Source: Promethearchaeia archaeon
GTDB lineage: Archaea; Asgardarchaeota; Lokiarchaeia; Sigyniarchaeales; SOKP01
Assembly: GCA_046483985.1 (NCBI GenBank)
Contig: JAWOCD010000056.1
Location: forward strand, 1-64,000
DNA: 64,000 bases
Direction: 5' to 3'
Below are positions 9,677 to 19,704 of this stretch, one piece after another (the first letter of the stretch is position 1; every line of letters begins with the position of its first letter). Under the pieces are notes generated by a model. It was not told where the DNA came from. It made no database searches and saw only the letters and a list, made by a program, of their open reading frames with translations. Position numbers and translations under genes: made by a program.

Positions 9677-11065
9677 TTAATTTTTCACAGTTGGATATCC
9701 TCCACTATTCCACGCTTTCATGGAACCTAAAACATTCATTACATCCGTATATTTTTCTTTTCTCAATAAGCTCGCGGCGAGGCTAGCTCGATTTCCATTT
9801 CCGCATATAGTGACGATAGTCTTTTCCTTGGGTATATGTTCTAAGTTACTCTTTAGTTTACCTATGTAGATATGATGCGCCGATTCGATGTGACCACTTT
9901 CCCATTCTTCTTGGCTCCTGACATCTAATAGGAAGATATCCTCATTTTTATCGATCTTTTGTTTAAGTTCTCTGGCAGTTAAGAGAGGTATAGAGTTCGT
10001 AGGGAAATTATGGCTATACCAGCCCATTATCCCCCCTGTCAGATATCCCACTATATTATCATAGCCTAGGCGGTTCAAATGTCTTATCGCTTTCTCGAGG
10101 TCTCCGTAGTTCTTTACAATTAACAGAATAGGTTTATCATAGGTCAAAACCCATCCACTGAATAAAGGAAGTCCGTCTAGTATAATGTTATACGAACTAG
10201 TGATATGTGCGCCCCCAAAATCTGCTGGATCACGTGTATCTACACAAAATGCCCCTTTATCCATTTCTGCTTGAAATTCTTTCGGTGACATTGGTTTTGG
10301 TTTCGGACGAGTCTTTAAAAGCGGAGGCCCTTCTTTATTATATTTTTCCATCATATTGAAGTAGGGTGCCATAAAGTGGTGCTCATTGATCTTGTATTGA
10401 ATAAATTCCTCCTTGTCAGTGAGCTGTAATGCGGGATTCTGCTTTTTTTCGATTCCAATAGAACTTTGTTCTCGGTCGCTGATCTTTCCTCCGCATACGG
10501 ATCCAAACCCATGGGCTGGACATACGATTACTTGATCTCCTAAGGGAAGAATCTTCTCGAAAAGACTTTCATAAAGGTTTTCCGCCATCCTCCGATCCTC
10601 TTCACGACCATACATATCCGTTCTTCCCACATCGCCAATAAAGAGCGCATCACCAGTAAAGACCATAATAGGCTCATCCCCGCTTCCTAAATCATAAAGG
10701 ACGTAGGATACACTTTCATCGGTATGTCCGGGAGTATAGAGCCACTCAATCTTTAGACTTCCGATCTGAAAATCTTGACCAGTTTGTAAAGTATTTCCAT
10801 ACGCAAAATCTAGATTAGGTCCATGGAAAATTTCAGCGTGTCCATCTTGAGCAAGTTCGAGAGAACCTATAACATAATCCTCATTTCGATGGGTTTCGAA
10901 AATATATTTAATGGTAGCGTCAGCTTCATAAGCCAATTCAATATATTTGCCAATATCTCTACGGGGATCTATGACACACGCTTCACTTTTTGAGGCAATG
11001 AAATACGAAATATGAGCAAGACCTTCGGATCTCACGCGTTCAAATATCATTTTTCTTTTACACAA
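9677..11065 (-). CDS. MBL-fold hydrolase with two rhodanese domains (persulfide dioxygenase/sulfurtransferase-like)
   Basis: THRNEDY, TPGHT, FTGDALF..DVGR, PAHG.GS.CG; C-terminal rhodanese with active-site CGNGNR. Confidence 0.9.
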   Translation of the reverse strand: MCKRKMIFERVRSEGLAHISYFIASKSEACVIDPRRDIGKYIELAYEADATIKYIFETHRNEDYVIGSLELAQDGHAEIFHGPNLDFAYGNTLQTGQDFQIGSLKIEWLYTPGHTDESVSYVLYDLGSGDEPIMVFTGDALFIGDVGRTDMYGREEDRRMAENLYESLFEKILPLGDQVIVCPAHGFGSVCGGKISDREQSSIGIEKKQNPALQLTDKEEFIQYKINEHHFMAPYFNMMEKYNKEGPPLLKTRPKPKPMSPKEFQAEMDKGAFCVDTRDPADFGGAHITSSYNIILDGLPLFSGWVLTYDKPILLIVKNYGDLEKAIRHLNRLGYDNIVGYLTGGIMGWYSHNFPTNSIPLLTARELKQKIDKNEDIFLLDVRSQEEWESGHIESAHHIYIGKLKSNLEHIPKEKTIVTICGNGNRASLAASLLRKEKYTDVMNVLGSMKAWNSGGYPTVKN

Positions 11066-11187
11066 AAGATTCTAAATTAAATTAATATCAATAAAATCGA
11101 TTTCAAAATATAGTTTTGTTTTATAAATTATAATTGCTGCTTAGGAGACAATAAGGAAAAAAAGAATAAAGTTAAAAAGAAAGAAGT

Positions 11188-11586
11188 TTATTCAGTAAAT
11201 TCATAATCATGCTTTCGATCATAACGAAATACATAAAGAAGTTTATTTTCTTTTTTCAATTTATTAATGCAGTCCACAGCATCTTGTGAATTTCCATCCC
11301 ATATTGCAATCCCCTTATCATCGACTTCCAACACTTCTACCATTTTGGTATTGCGGATCTCTCCCGCCTTCTGTCCATACACATGCCAATCTGCCTTAAA
11401 AGTTCTCAGATCTAAATCATGATCCTTCGCATACTGCTTTGCAACCTCATCTACGCCCTTAGAATCGCCCACAATGATTTTCTTAAATTTGTATTTATGA
11501 TAAACCCGATCTAAGCAATCATATACAAATTGTTTATCTGAAATGGATTTGCTCCCTGTGACGCATAACCTTTCAATTTTTTGCAT
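11188..11586 (-). CDS. SLOG-superfamily DUF2493-like protein
   Basis: VTGSK, IVGDSKGVD, ADWHVYG.KAG.IRN..MV and AIWDG.S motifs. Confidence 0.75.
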   Translation of the reverse strand: MQKIERLCVTGSKSISDKQFVYDCLDRVYHKYKFKKIIVGDSKGVDEVAKQYAKDHDLDLRTFKADWHVYGQKAGEIRNTKMVEVLEVDDKGIAIWDGNSQDAVDCINKLKKENKLLYVFRYDRKHDYEFTE

Positions 11587-11691
11587 AATCTTATATAAAT
11601 ATTGTTTTTTATACTTTAAATAAATACAAATTTTTTAATCAATTTTGTCAAGTTGTGTAGGGTCCCGATAAATCCAGATTTTTTCTGACTG

Positions 11692-12474
11692 TTATAATAA
11701 TCCCAATTCTTGAGGGGTAGGACGATAATATTCCCGTGGAAATCCTGCCATCCGACTTGCAAAAAGATAATACAAGATCCTCTGCCAAGGAGACAATAAT
11801 CTATTTTCATTTTCATGAAAGGTCGCTTTTCTAAATCCTTCAGCAAGGTGTGTCCCCGTTTTAATTCGGCGAAAGGTATAAAAAATCTTTCTCAGTGGTA
11901 CCAATAGTTTATTCAAAAAGGGGGTGGTTTGGGATTTATGTTGGGACCATGCTTTCATTTGAATAGAGATATCCGTAACCTTTACAAAAAAATCCGGATT
12001 AAAAGAATGATATAATAGGAGTGTTGGTCTTTTGGAAGGTGGAAGAGATTTTACGGCAAGATATACTAACCAGCCAGTATGCTTATGATCGGGATGGAGA
12101 TCCATGGAATAAAAGCTGTCAGGTCCAATTATAATATCCGGTTCAAGATCCACTATCTTTTTTCTTAATTTGAAAAAAACATTTCGGTGAAAAGGAAGAT
12201 ATCCATCAATCTCACCCAACCAAATCAGATTTATTTCTGCTAAACCATTGGGATTAGTGCCGTATACCTTAGCGGCCTCTCGCATTTCTTGCATTCGGAT
12301 TCTTCTAATGCGTTTCCCTTTAAATTCGGCCCGGGAAGTGCCATATTCATCAGAGGTCATAAGAATTTCATGCACATCCCACCCCAATGCTACAGCTTGT
12401 TGACAAGTTGAAGCACAAGTAAATTCGGCATCGTCTGGATGCGCGTTAATGATTAATAGTTTCATATTAAACAT
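11692..12474 (-). CDS. PIG-L/LmbE family N-acetyl deacetylase
   Basis: AHPDDAE and HPDH metal/catalytic motifs, R..E...AA, H.SQ. Confidence 0.9.
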   Translation of the reverse strand: MFNMKLLIINAHPDDAEFTCASTCQQAVALGWDVHEILMTSDEYGTSRAEFKGKRIRRIRMQEMREAAKVYGTNPNGLAEINLIWLGEIDGYLPFHRNVFFKLRKKIVDLEPDIIIGPDSFYSMDLHPDHKHTGWLVYLAVKSLPPSKRPTLLLYHSFNPDFFVKVTDISIQMKAWSQHKSQTTPFLNKLLVPLRKIFYTFRRIKTGTHLAEGFRKATFHENENRLLSPWQRILYYLFASRMAGFPREYYRPTPQELGLL

Positions 12475-12567
12475 CGACCATTTATGGTTAAGTATTCGAA
12501 GTCGGGGATTTTTTTTGCTATAAGTTAGATTTTAGAAGAAAAGAATCAAAATGAAATGTAATCAGGT

Positions 12568-13548
12568 CTATTCTTCGGGATCTCGTTTGCGCGCCTTTTT
12601 GATCTGTTCTTCTTTCCATTCTTCATACATCTCATCTAATTTGTCCAAAACGATTTCAACTTGCCCCTTTTTCACAATGCGATTAACCTCAAATTCTTCC
12701 CTTCGTCCCTCATCTATTATCCTTCTGTATGCTTGTTTTTTGCTCTCTTCATAGCTTTTTCGGGCATGTTTATACTTTTTAGCGGGGCGACCAATATATA
12801 TCCAATTCGGTTCCAAATATTGACCGATATGGGTCGATGCCCAAACTCCGAGCGTTGCGCCTTCGCCAATCACGGTACCCGGGGCTACAATTGCATTACC
12901 CCCAATGACCACATGATCTCCAATAACAACCTTTTTTATCAGCAAATAATCGCCAATTATCATACTGGAGAGTACAACTCCACCTTGACCAAGCATGATA
13001 TTATCGCCAAATTCTACAAACTCTAAATCAGACCATCCATCAAACATTGTACTTTTAAAATCTGCCTTCATTCCGCAGACTTTAAATGCGAAGTTTGACA
13101 CCCAAGGAAAACAGAAATTATTCCATATCCAAAAAATGAATTTTTTCACACTTATACGGAGGCAATAGAAATAATAATCGTTATTGCTAAAATCCATCTT
13201 GAAAAGTCCTTCTTTGGGCTGATGAATTAAACTAAGCAGAACTAATACCAATTTACCCAATATCAAACTGGTTAAAAGATAAAGCCCCCACCATGCAAAC
13301 ACGTCCATGATAATAATTGATGCACGCCACCAATTCTGGTAAAGGTTTGCATTCAACGCGTCATTAAAAAAGGTCAAAATAAAGACCGAAGGTATGAGTA
13401 AAGAAAACGAATGGAGAACGATATTGAGTATAACTGCGGTGTTGGACCACGAAAACGCATTGGTCGTAATGGGAAGGTGGGAAATATCGATAGATTCAAG
13501 ATTCTGAATTACCTCCTCTTTTTTCTGTGCCTCACTTGTTTTACTCAT
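12568..13548 (-). CDS. Membrane protein with one TM-hairpin + left-handed beta-helix (hexapeptide acyltransferase-like) unit
   Basis: Two TM segments, PKEG.F..DY.YCLR, hexapeptide repeats (VVIGDHVVIGGNAIVAPGTVIGEGATLG), YIGRPAK. Confidence 0.85.
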   Translation of the reverse strand: MSKTSEAQKKEEVIQNLESIDISHLPITTNAFSWSNTAVILNIVLHSFSLLIPSVFILTFFNDALNANLYQNWWRASIIIMDVFAWWGLYLLTSLILGKLVLVLLSLIHQPKEGLFKMDFSNNDYYFYCLRISVKKFIFWIWNNFCFPWVSNFAFKVCGMKADFKSTMFDGWSDLEFVEFGDNIMLGQGGVVLSSMIIGDYLLIKKVVIGDHVVIGGNAIVAPGTVIGEGATLGVWASTHIGQYLEPNWIYIGRPAKKYKHARKSYEESKKQAYRRIIDEGRREEFEVNRIVKKGQVEIVLDKLDEMYEEWKEEQIKKARKRDPEE

Positions 13549-15186
13549 CGTCCAATAACCCTCCCGTAAATTTTTTAAGTTCCTCTGGTTTTAATCTTCG
13601 TGCCGGAAATCCCGCGTATACCCCCCCATCGCCCAACTTATCAAATTTAATCGTTGATGACATGGGAAGAAACGTTGCTTCATCTCCCACCTCTAAACCC
13701 GGGAGCCCCCCTATTAATGCATTAAACACACAGTCATCTCCAATTTCGGCACCATAAAATGTTAAGTTCTCCTCTCCGTATACTCCATCAACTAAATGAT
13801 TGCTAAGATGAGAAAAGGTCCCCATATAACAATTTTCTCCAGGATTAATATGCGAATGGATATAACATTCTTCAAAAACTGTTCCTTTTCCAACCTCGTT
13901 TGAACCAATAAATCGTAGCTCCCAACCCAATAACCAAGGAAAGGGAGAGCGAATAAACGCAAACACAGGATATTTTAAGAGAAATGATCTCCAGTGATAG
14001 TAATCCAATGTTCGAGAATGCTCATCCAGATTTCTGTCGAATACTCCTTGGGCTGGTCCCCGCCTGTCTGCATATCTGTAAAAAAGGCGGGTAAAGAAGG
14101 CAACAAAAACAAGGTGAACAAGATATATAATAATAAATGCAAGCGGGATGGTCAACATAATAAAATAGGTGGCCGGGTCAAGGAAACGACTTAAGACAAG
14201 CGGAGTACTAAGAAAATCCGGGATAAGGAAAAGAAATGCATACATAATGAATAAGAATCCCGGAACCACAAAAGACCCGCCGATGATTGCCCACCCGGAG
14301 AACAAATACACATGAAAGGGTACTGACAGCCCTTTGTCATGTCCTTCCAGTTCTTCTTCATCGATTTCTTTTTTTTCGACTTTTTTAAAGATTTTTTCCT
14401 CTAATTTTGATTTATCTTGGATGGGATCATTTCGTAGGACTTTTTTTGCGGGAATCCCGCTGTAAATTGCATTCGGTTCCAGTGTTTGATTCAATTGGGT
14501 CATAGACAAAGAATCCAAGGTGGTATGCTCGGAAATGGTGGTACCGGGCGTAATTACGGAATGAGCGCCAATAACCACGTTATCTTGAATGGTGACCTTT
14601 TGAATTATGAGCTTATCTTTGATTAAAATGCTTGACATGATAAGACTGCCTTGTCCTAATCGTACATTTCTTCCCATATCGACAAATTCAACGTCAACCC
14701 ATCCTTCTTGAACTGCGCTCGACTTATGAATACTGATACCAAGAAGTTTAAACAGAAGGATCTCAAAAATCGGGATGTTTAATTGCCGTGCTAACCAAGC
14801 TGGCCATTTTTTTACAACAGATCGGAGACTCCAATAGCAATAATCCTTGTCGCTTGGATCCCGGAGAAATACACCCTCCTTTGGTTTATGAATTACGTTG
14901 ATGACTAATAAAAAGGCTTTCGCAACTAAAATGGCACTTATTATAAGAATAAGCATCCCAATCATAAATGCAAACGGGAATAAAATAAAAAATATTAAAC
15001 TATCGGTACCAGGAAACGATTGCCAGAAATACCAAAACCAGAGAATCGCCGGTTGAGCGCTTATGACCATAATGAGAATGTATACAATAAGATATCGCTT
15101 CTTTGCAAGTGTGTTTGTGGTCCTCGCTCCTTCTCGAACAGAGGCTGGAATTGAAATTTTTCAATATCACTTTCTTATCGGGTCAT
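13541..15186 (-). CDS. Membrane protein with two TM-hairpin + left-handed beta-helix units; true start probably upstream of 15070 (frameshifted 5' end)
   Basis: Two repeats ending YSGIPAK and YAGFPAR. The frame is open upstream of 15070 to 15160 (KISIPASVREGARTTNTLAKKRYLIVYILI), and an ATG at 15186 reconnects through homopolymer slips. Overlaps the next gene by 8 bp. Confidence 0.8.
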
Positions 15187-15243
15187 TAACGGTAAATTAT
15201 AAACAATAATATATTTTTTTTACTTAAACTTTTTCATTTGAAC

Positions 15244-15300
15244 TTTTATAGAAAAAACAAAAGAAAACTTCAGCCTTTAGGGCGGAGATGAATTTTGCGT
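15244..15300 (+). mobile_element. Solo IS200/IS605-family end (hairpin), copy 1
   Basis: caaaagaaaacttcagcctttagggcggagatgaattttgc aligns with the reverse complement of 29117-29159 and 50337-50380. Confidence 0.7.
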
Positions 15301-15325
15301 TTAAATCACTAAACAACTTAAGACT

Positions 15326-15418
15326 ATGTACGAATTGAAGCGAGTTTGAAGATTACATTAGTTTAAGGAAAATATTGTATGAAAATTAATAAGGGAAGGT
15401 TCTAATATTTTATCAACA
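15326..15418 (+). repeat. Second, internally deleted copy of the IS remnant end at 7627-7775
   Basis: atgtacgaattgaagcgagttt matches 7627-7648, and gattacattagtttaaggaaaatattgtatgaaaattaataag...ttctaatattttatcaaca matches 7707-7774. Confidence 0.75.
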
Positions 15419-15578
15419 GATTTTTTTAGTTGATATTTAAAATTTTTCCATACTAAATTTTGGGAGTTTATGGGCAAAGACAAGATATTATCATTTAGCA
15501 AAGTTTAAGGACAATGTTTAATTTACAAAGACAATATATTTAGATCTAAATTTAATTGCTTGCTGAAGTGTCAAAAAA

Positions 15579-15959
15579 TTGTATTGCGAATATTGTGACA
15601 AGAAAATAAAAAACTTAAAGAGGGGCGCAAAGACACATACTAATATCTGCCAGCCTATTAAAGTTCATTATTTTTGCTGCCGAGAATGTAAAGATAAATG
15701 GTGTTTTGCAGTTCAAAAAGATGAAATCGAAATCACCGAACAGCCAGGAAAACCAGAATCCCAAATAAAAGAAGAATTGGCTGATGAATTACATGAGATT
15801 CATGTAATCAAGGAATATTTAAGCGATGAGGAATATGCCAAAAGATTAAACGCGATCATTAATAAAAAGGAATACAAGGACATTAATGTCCTTCAAGCCG
15901 TCAAAGGAAAGGATGAATACGAAGATGTCGCAAGTGTCCTACAAGGACAAGCCCTTTAA
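15579..15959 (+). CDS. Small protein with N-terminal TRASH/MYM-like metal finger
   Basis: CEYC...HYFCCRECK motif followed by an acidic helical C-terminus; TTG start. Confidence 0.65.
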   Translation: MYCEYCDKKIKNLKRGAKTHTNICQPIKVHYFCCRECKDKWCFAVQKDEIEITEQPGKPESQIKEELADELHEIHVIKEYLSDEEYAKRLNAIINKKEYKDINVLQAVKGKDEYEDVASVLQGQAL

Positions 15960-16039
15960 TTCACTTTCTATTTTTTAAAGTTATATCCCCGGAATTGAAC
16001 TGACAGAGTTCCCCCTCGTAAAATACTATCTCAATTTAG

Positions 16040-16075
16040 AAGAGTGTGAAATGCGGAATAGATTCACGCTCTTTT
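16040..16075. terminator. Stem-loop between convergent genes
   Basis: aagagtgtgaa-12 nt-ttcacgctctt, an 11-bp stem with one G-U pair, followed by T-rich sequence. Confidence 0.4.
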
Positions 16076-16104
16076 ATCCCTTTTTGATCTATCCAGAAAT
16101 GAAA

Positions 16105-16461
16105 TTAAGGACGATTAAAATCGGAATCCAAATCAACTTTTTTATCGGAATCTATGGTGATTGCCATTAACTGAATTTCCTCATCGTCGGGGGAGTTATC
16201 CGGATGCTCCATAAGAAAATAAAATTTCTTATCCATCGTATGATAGCCCATTTCCATAGTATCACACGTCTCTGGTAACACTTTAGCAATCTCATCGGGA
16301 GCATTTGCTTTTAAGGCATCATAGATTCCATCCTCAACCTTTCTCTGTTTGACCCGTATATCTTTAATCTCCTCAAAATTGAACTGGCCCATAAACCGCT
16401 CAATCTCGTCATTGAGCTCATTCCAACTATCAAATAATTTTTGTAACTCAGCTGATTTCAT
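16105..16461 (-). CDS. Hypothetical acidic protein
   Basis: Clean ATG ORF of 118 aa with protein-like composition. Confidence 0.7.
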   Translation of the reverse strand: MKSAELQKLFDSWNELNDEIERFMGQFNFEEIKDIRVKQRKVEDGIYDALKANAPDEIAKVLPETCDTMEMGYHTMDKKFYFLMEHPDNSPDDEEIQLMAITIDSDKKVDLDSDFNRP

Positions 16462-16527
16462 ATATAAATATATGATTCGTTTAAAATAAGATTTTTTCTC
16501 GCGACAAAACGAATATGAAAATGAATA

Positions 16528-17889
16528 TTAGGAGGGAACAAAGTCTTTCCGATTTGATTGGCCCAAGACCTTAATGGTGACCCCTGCTTTTTGAAATTCC
16601 GTTTCGTCATAAATTCGGCGTGTGTCAACAAGTATCGGATTTTCTGCCATATGTTCTACAAAAAATGAGGGTTCTAATTCCTTGAACTCTTGCCACCCCG
16701 TAAGAATTAAGGCAATATCTGCTTTTGCTAAACATTGTTTAGCACTCGTAGCATACGTAATTTTATCGCCAATTAATTCATAGATTTCCTCCCGTGCGAA
16801 CTCCGATGGATCATAGACCGAAATCTTCTTGGTTTCCTTCCGAAGAAGATCGTTAATGACGGTTATGGAAACCGATTCCCTGGTGTCTCCGGTATTCGGT
16901 TTAAATGCAAGTCCCAGTAGGGCTACGGTTTTTCCTTCCAGAGAGGAGATGGACTCAACCAATTCTAAGCCATGCCGTTTTTGCCGGTCATTAACATTCA
17001 AGGTGGCTTTTAGCATTTGTGCATTATAATCGACTTTTTTGGCTGCAGAAAGCAACGCTAGCACATCCTTAGGAAAACAGCTTCCCCCAAATCCAGGACC
17101 GGCTCTTAGATACATAGAGGAAATCCGTTTATCAACTCCTAGTGCTTTTGCCACATCTCCGACATTCACCCCGAATTCTTCGGCTAAATTCGCCATTTCA
17201 TTGATAAAGGAGACTTTCATTGCAAGGAAACTATTCTGGGCATACTTAATCAATTCAGCGGTTCGTAAATCCGTTTCAATAATGGGATGTCCTCTGGTTA
17301 TCTCGAAATCGCGATAATTTTTCTCTATGGTATTAATCGATTTCTGATCAACACCTCCAACCACAATTTTATCCGGATTAAGAATATCCTCGAGAGCATT
17401 TCCCTCTCGTAAAAACTCCGGGCTCATACATAATCCAAAGTCTGCTCCTACCTTTTTTCCGGACTCTTGTTCCAAAATTGGGGCGACAACTCCATCTGTG
17501 GTACCTGGAATAACCGTAGATTTAACGCACACGGCTCGATACTCCCTATCTTCTCGAAGTGCCTTACCGATGGAATGAGCAGCACTACGCACTTGGGATA
17601 GATCGATATTTCCCTCCTCGTCGCAGTAAGTGCCCACGCAAATAAAAATCGATTTGGTGTCAGCCCATCCTTCCATGATATCGGTACTTGCTGTGAGTAA
17701 ATCCTTATCCACAGCCGATCGAATAGCGTCGTCCATTCCGGGTTCATCAATGGGGCTTTTTCCTTTATTAATGGTCTCAACGATAGTTTCATCTAAATCT
17801 ATACAAAACACTTTCAGTCCCTTTTTCGTAAATCCAGCAGCGTATCCTAACCCCACATATCCAGTTCCTACGATTGTAATTGCGTTCAT
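16528..17889 (-). CDS. ugd: UDP-glucose/GDP-mannose 6-dehydrogenase
   Basis: GTGYVG, KSTVIPGT, PEFLREG, GFGGSCFPKD, GLAFKP. Confidence 0.92.
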   Translation of the reverse strand: MNAITIVGTGYVGLGYAAGFTKKGLKVFCIDLDETIVETINKGKSPIDEPGMDDAIRSAVDKDLLTASTDIMEGWADTKSIFICVGTYCDEEGNIDLSQVRSAAHSIGKALREDREYRAVCVKSTVIPGTTDGVVAPILEQESGKKVGADFGLCMSPEFLREGNALEDILNPDKIVVGGVDQKSINTIEKNYRDFEITRGHPIIETDLRTAELIKYAQNSFLAMKVSFINEMANLAEEFGVNVGDVAKALGVDKRISSMYLRAGPGFGGSCFPKDVLALLSAAKKVDYNAQMLKATLNVNDRQKRHGLELVESISSLEGKTVALLGLAFKPNTGDTRESVSITVINDLLRKETKKISVYDPSEFAREEIYELIGDKITYATSAKQCLAKADIALILTGWQEFKELEPSFFVEHMAENPILVDTRRIYDETEFQKAGVTIKVLGQSNRKDFVPS

Positions 17890-18194
17890 ATATATCCTCT
17901 TTTAATTTTCTTTATCCAGTTGGAATTGAGAAAAATACATAACATAAAAAATTTTTCCCGTCCTCACGGTCTGATGGGTATATGCAAACTGATAAGTTAT
18001 GGAGGATGTTCAAGAAAACTTTTTGTGCCATCTTTTTAATCTTTAGAGCAAAAGCCCAAATTCTTAATTTTTTTCAGTAATGCATCATTTTTTTCAATAA
18101 TATTTCATAATAAAATTTTTTAGAATTACCGTTTTATCTATTCTAAAGTAATTTTAAGGTTAAGAAATAATTACTATTGATTGAGTGAATAAGA

Positions 18195-19592
18195 TTGTCT
18201 GAAAAAGATAAGCAACTTCAAGATTGGTTACGACGTATAGAAGAAAGAGAGATTACAGTTGCCGTAATTGGCACGGGACGAATAGGTCTCCCAACTGCAC
18301 TGATGATTTCAAATAAAGGATACAAGACTTACGGAGTGGATGTGGACAAAGAGCTCGTGGAAAAGATTAATCAAGGCGGTGGAGACCCTCCCATCCCTTT
18401 CGTACTCGATGAACCAGATTTGCCAGAAGCCTTAAAGAAGGTAACTCAAAATGGGTTATTGCAAGCAACCACTGATTTTGAGCAATTTGTTTCAAAAGCG
18501 GATGTAGTCATCACATGTATTCCAACCCCCGTGACCGACCAGAAAATTCCTGATTATTCGATTATTAATGATGTAATAAAAGATTTAGGAAAGTTAAAAG
18601 AGAACTTAAAGGGGAAAGTAATAATCGTTGAATCGACCGTAGGACCTCGTTACGTGGAATTTGATGCAATCCCCAAATTAGAAAATCTATCCGGATTAAC
18701 CCTTAACAAAGACTTCTGGGTAGCTTCTTGTCCAGAACGGGCGAATCCTGGTAATATCATGGAAAATCTGGTGTCTATCCCCAGAATCGTGGGCGCGAGT
18801 AATGAATTTGCAAAAGAGATAGTCACCAATTTTTATGAATCGGTATTTAACGTAAAGATCATTCAAGTAAGCAATCCACGGACAGCAAATTCAGTAAAAC
18901 TAATCGAAAATATTTTTCGGGCTGTGAATATTGCATTTAGTAATGAGATTTCCCAATTAATGCGACGATTAAAAATTGATTATATGGAGGTCATTAAGGG
19001 TGCTAAGTCGAAGTATAATTTTCTCCCGCATTATCCTGGGCCAGGAGTTGGTGGACCGTGCCTACCCAGTAATCCTTATTATTTAATTAACGATGGGTAT
19101 AAAGTATCATTTACCCCTAATTTAGTCCGAATGGCAACTGAAATTAACCAGAGACAGCCTTCCCATGTGACTGAATTGATCTTTGAGGGGCTAAACGAGA
19201 TTAATCAACCGATAGCAGGTACAAAAATCGCAGTATTGGGAATAAGTTACAAACCAAATGTAAAAGATGTGCAAATCTCTCCCGTGATTCCAATATTAGA
19301 AGATTTAAAGCATTATCAAGCTGACATTGGAGTTTATGACCCATTTTACAAGGAAGAAGAGATGTTTGGGTTACGCGTACAAGAAGATTACACCTTTATT
19401 AAAAATGGTTATCCAATGGTGGTTCTCCATACGGATCATGATGTTTTTCACTCCGAAGAATTCAAAGATTTTCTGCAAGAATGCAATGATCTGGAAGTTA
19501 TTATTGATTGTCATAATGTATTCAATTACGATGAACTTCCCCGGAATATCTACTATATTGGAGTAGGGCGTCCATTAAAGTATATTGAATAA
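18195..19592 (+). CDS. UDP-N-acetyl-hexosamine dehydrogenase (WecC/WbpA-like)
   Basis: GTGRIGLP, ESTVGP, CPER.NPG, KLIENIFRAVNIA, PGPGVGGPCL, GISYKPNV.D. Confidence 0.9.
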   Translation: MSEKDKQLQDWLRRIEEREITVAVIGTGRIGLPTALMISNKGYKTYGVDVDKELVEKINQGGGDPPIPFVLDEPDLPEALKKVTQNGLLQATTDFEQFVSKADVVITCIPTPVTDQKIPDYSIINDVIKDLGKLKENLKGKVIIVESTVGPRYVEFDAIPKLENLSGLTLNKDFWVASCPERANPGNIMENLVSIPRIVGASNEFAKEIVTNFYESVFNVKIIQVSNPRTANSVKLIENIFRAVNIAFSNEISQLMRRLKIDYMEVIKGAKSKYNFLPHYPGPGVGGPCLPSNPYYLINDGYKVSFTPNLVRMATEINQRQPSHVTELIFEGLNEINQPIAGTKIAVLGISYKPNVKDVQISPVIPILEDLKHYQADIGVYDPFYKEEEMFGLRVQEDYTFIKNGYPMVVLHTDHDVFHSEEFKDFLQECNDLEVIIDCHNVFNYDELPRNIYYIGVGRPLKYIE

Positions 19593-19704
19593 TTTTCTAC
19601 ATCGCTTTTTGATTACTTTCTTCTCTCTCAAATTTTTACTCACTAACTCTTAGTTTATCTTATATTAAACAAATCTTTAAAAAGCCAAAGCAAATCTTTA
19701 CTAT

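Noticed and set aside
15161-15169. In-frame TGA codons upstream of the LbH gene as possible selenocysteine
   Set aside because: No Cys-equivalent context and no recognisable SECIS; homopolymer slips explain the 5' end more simply.
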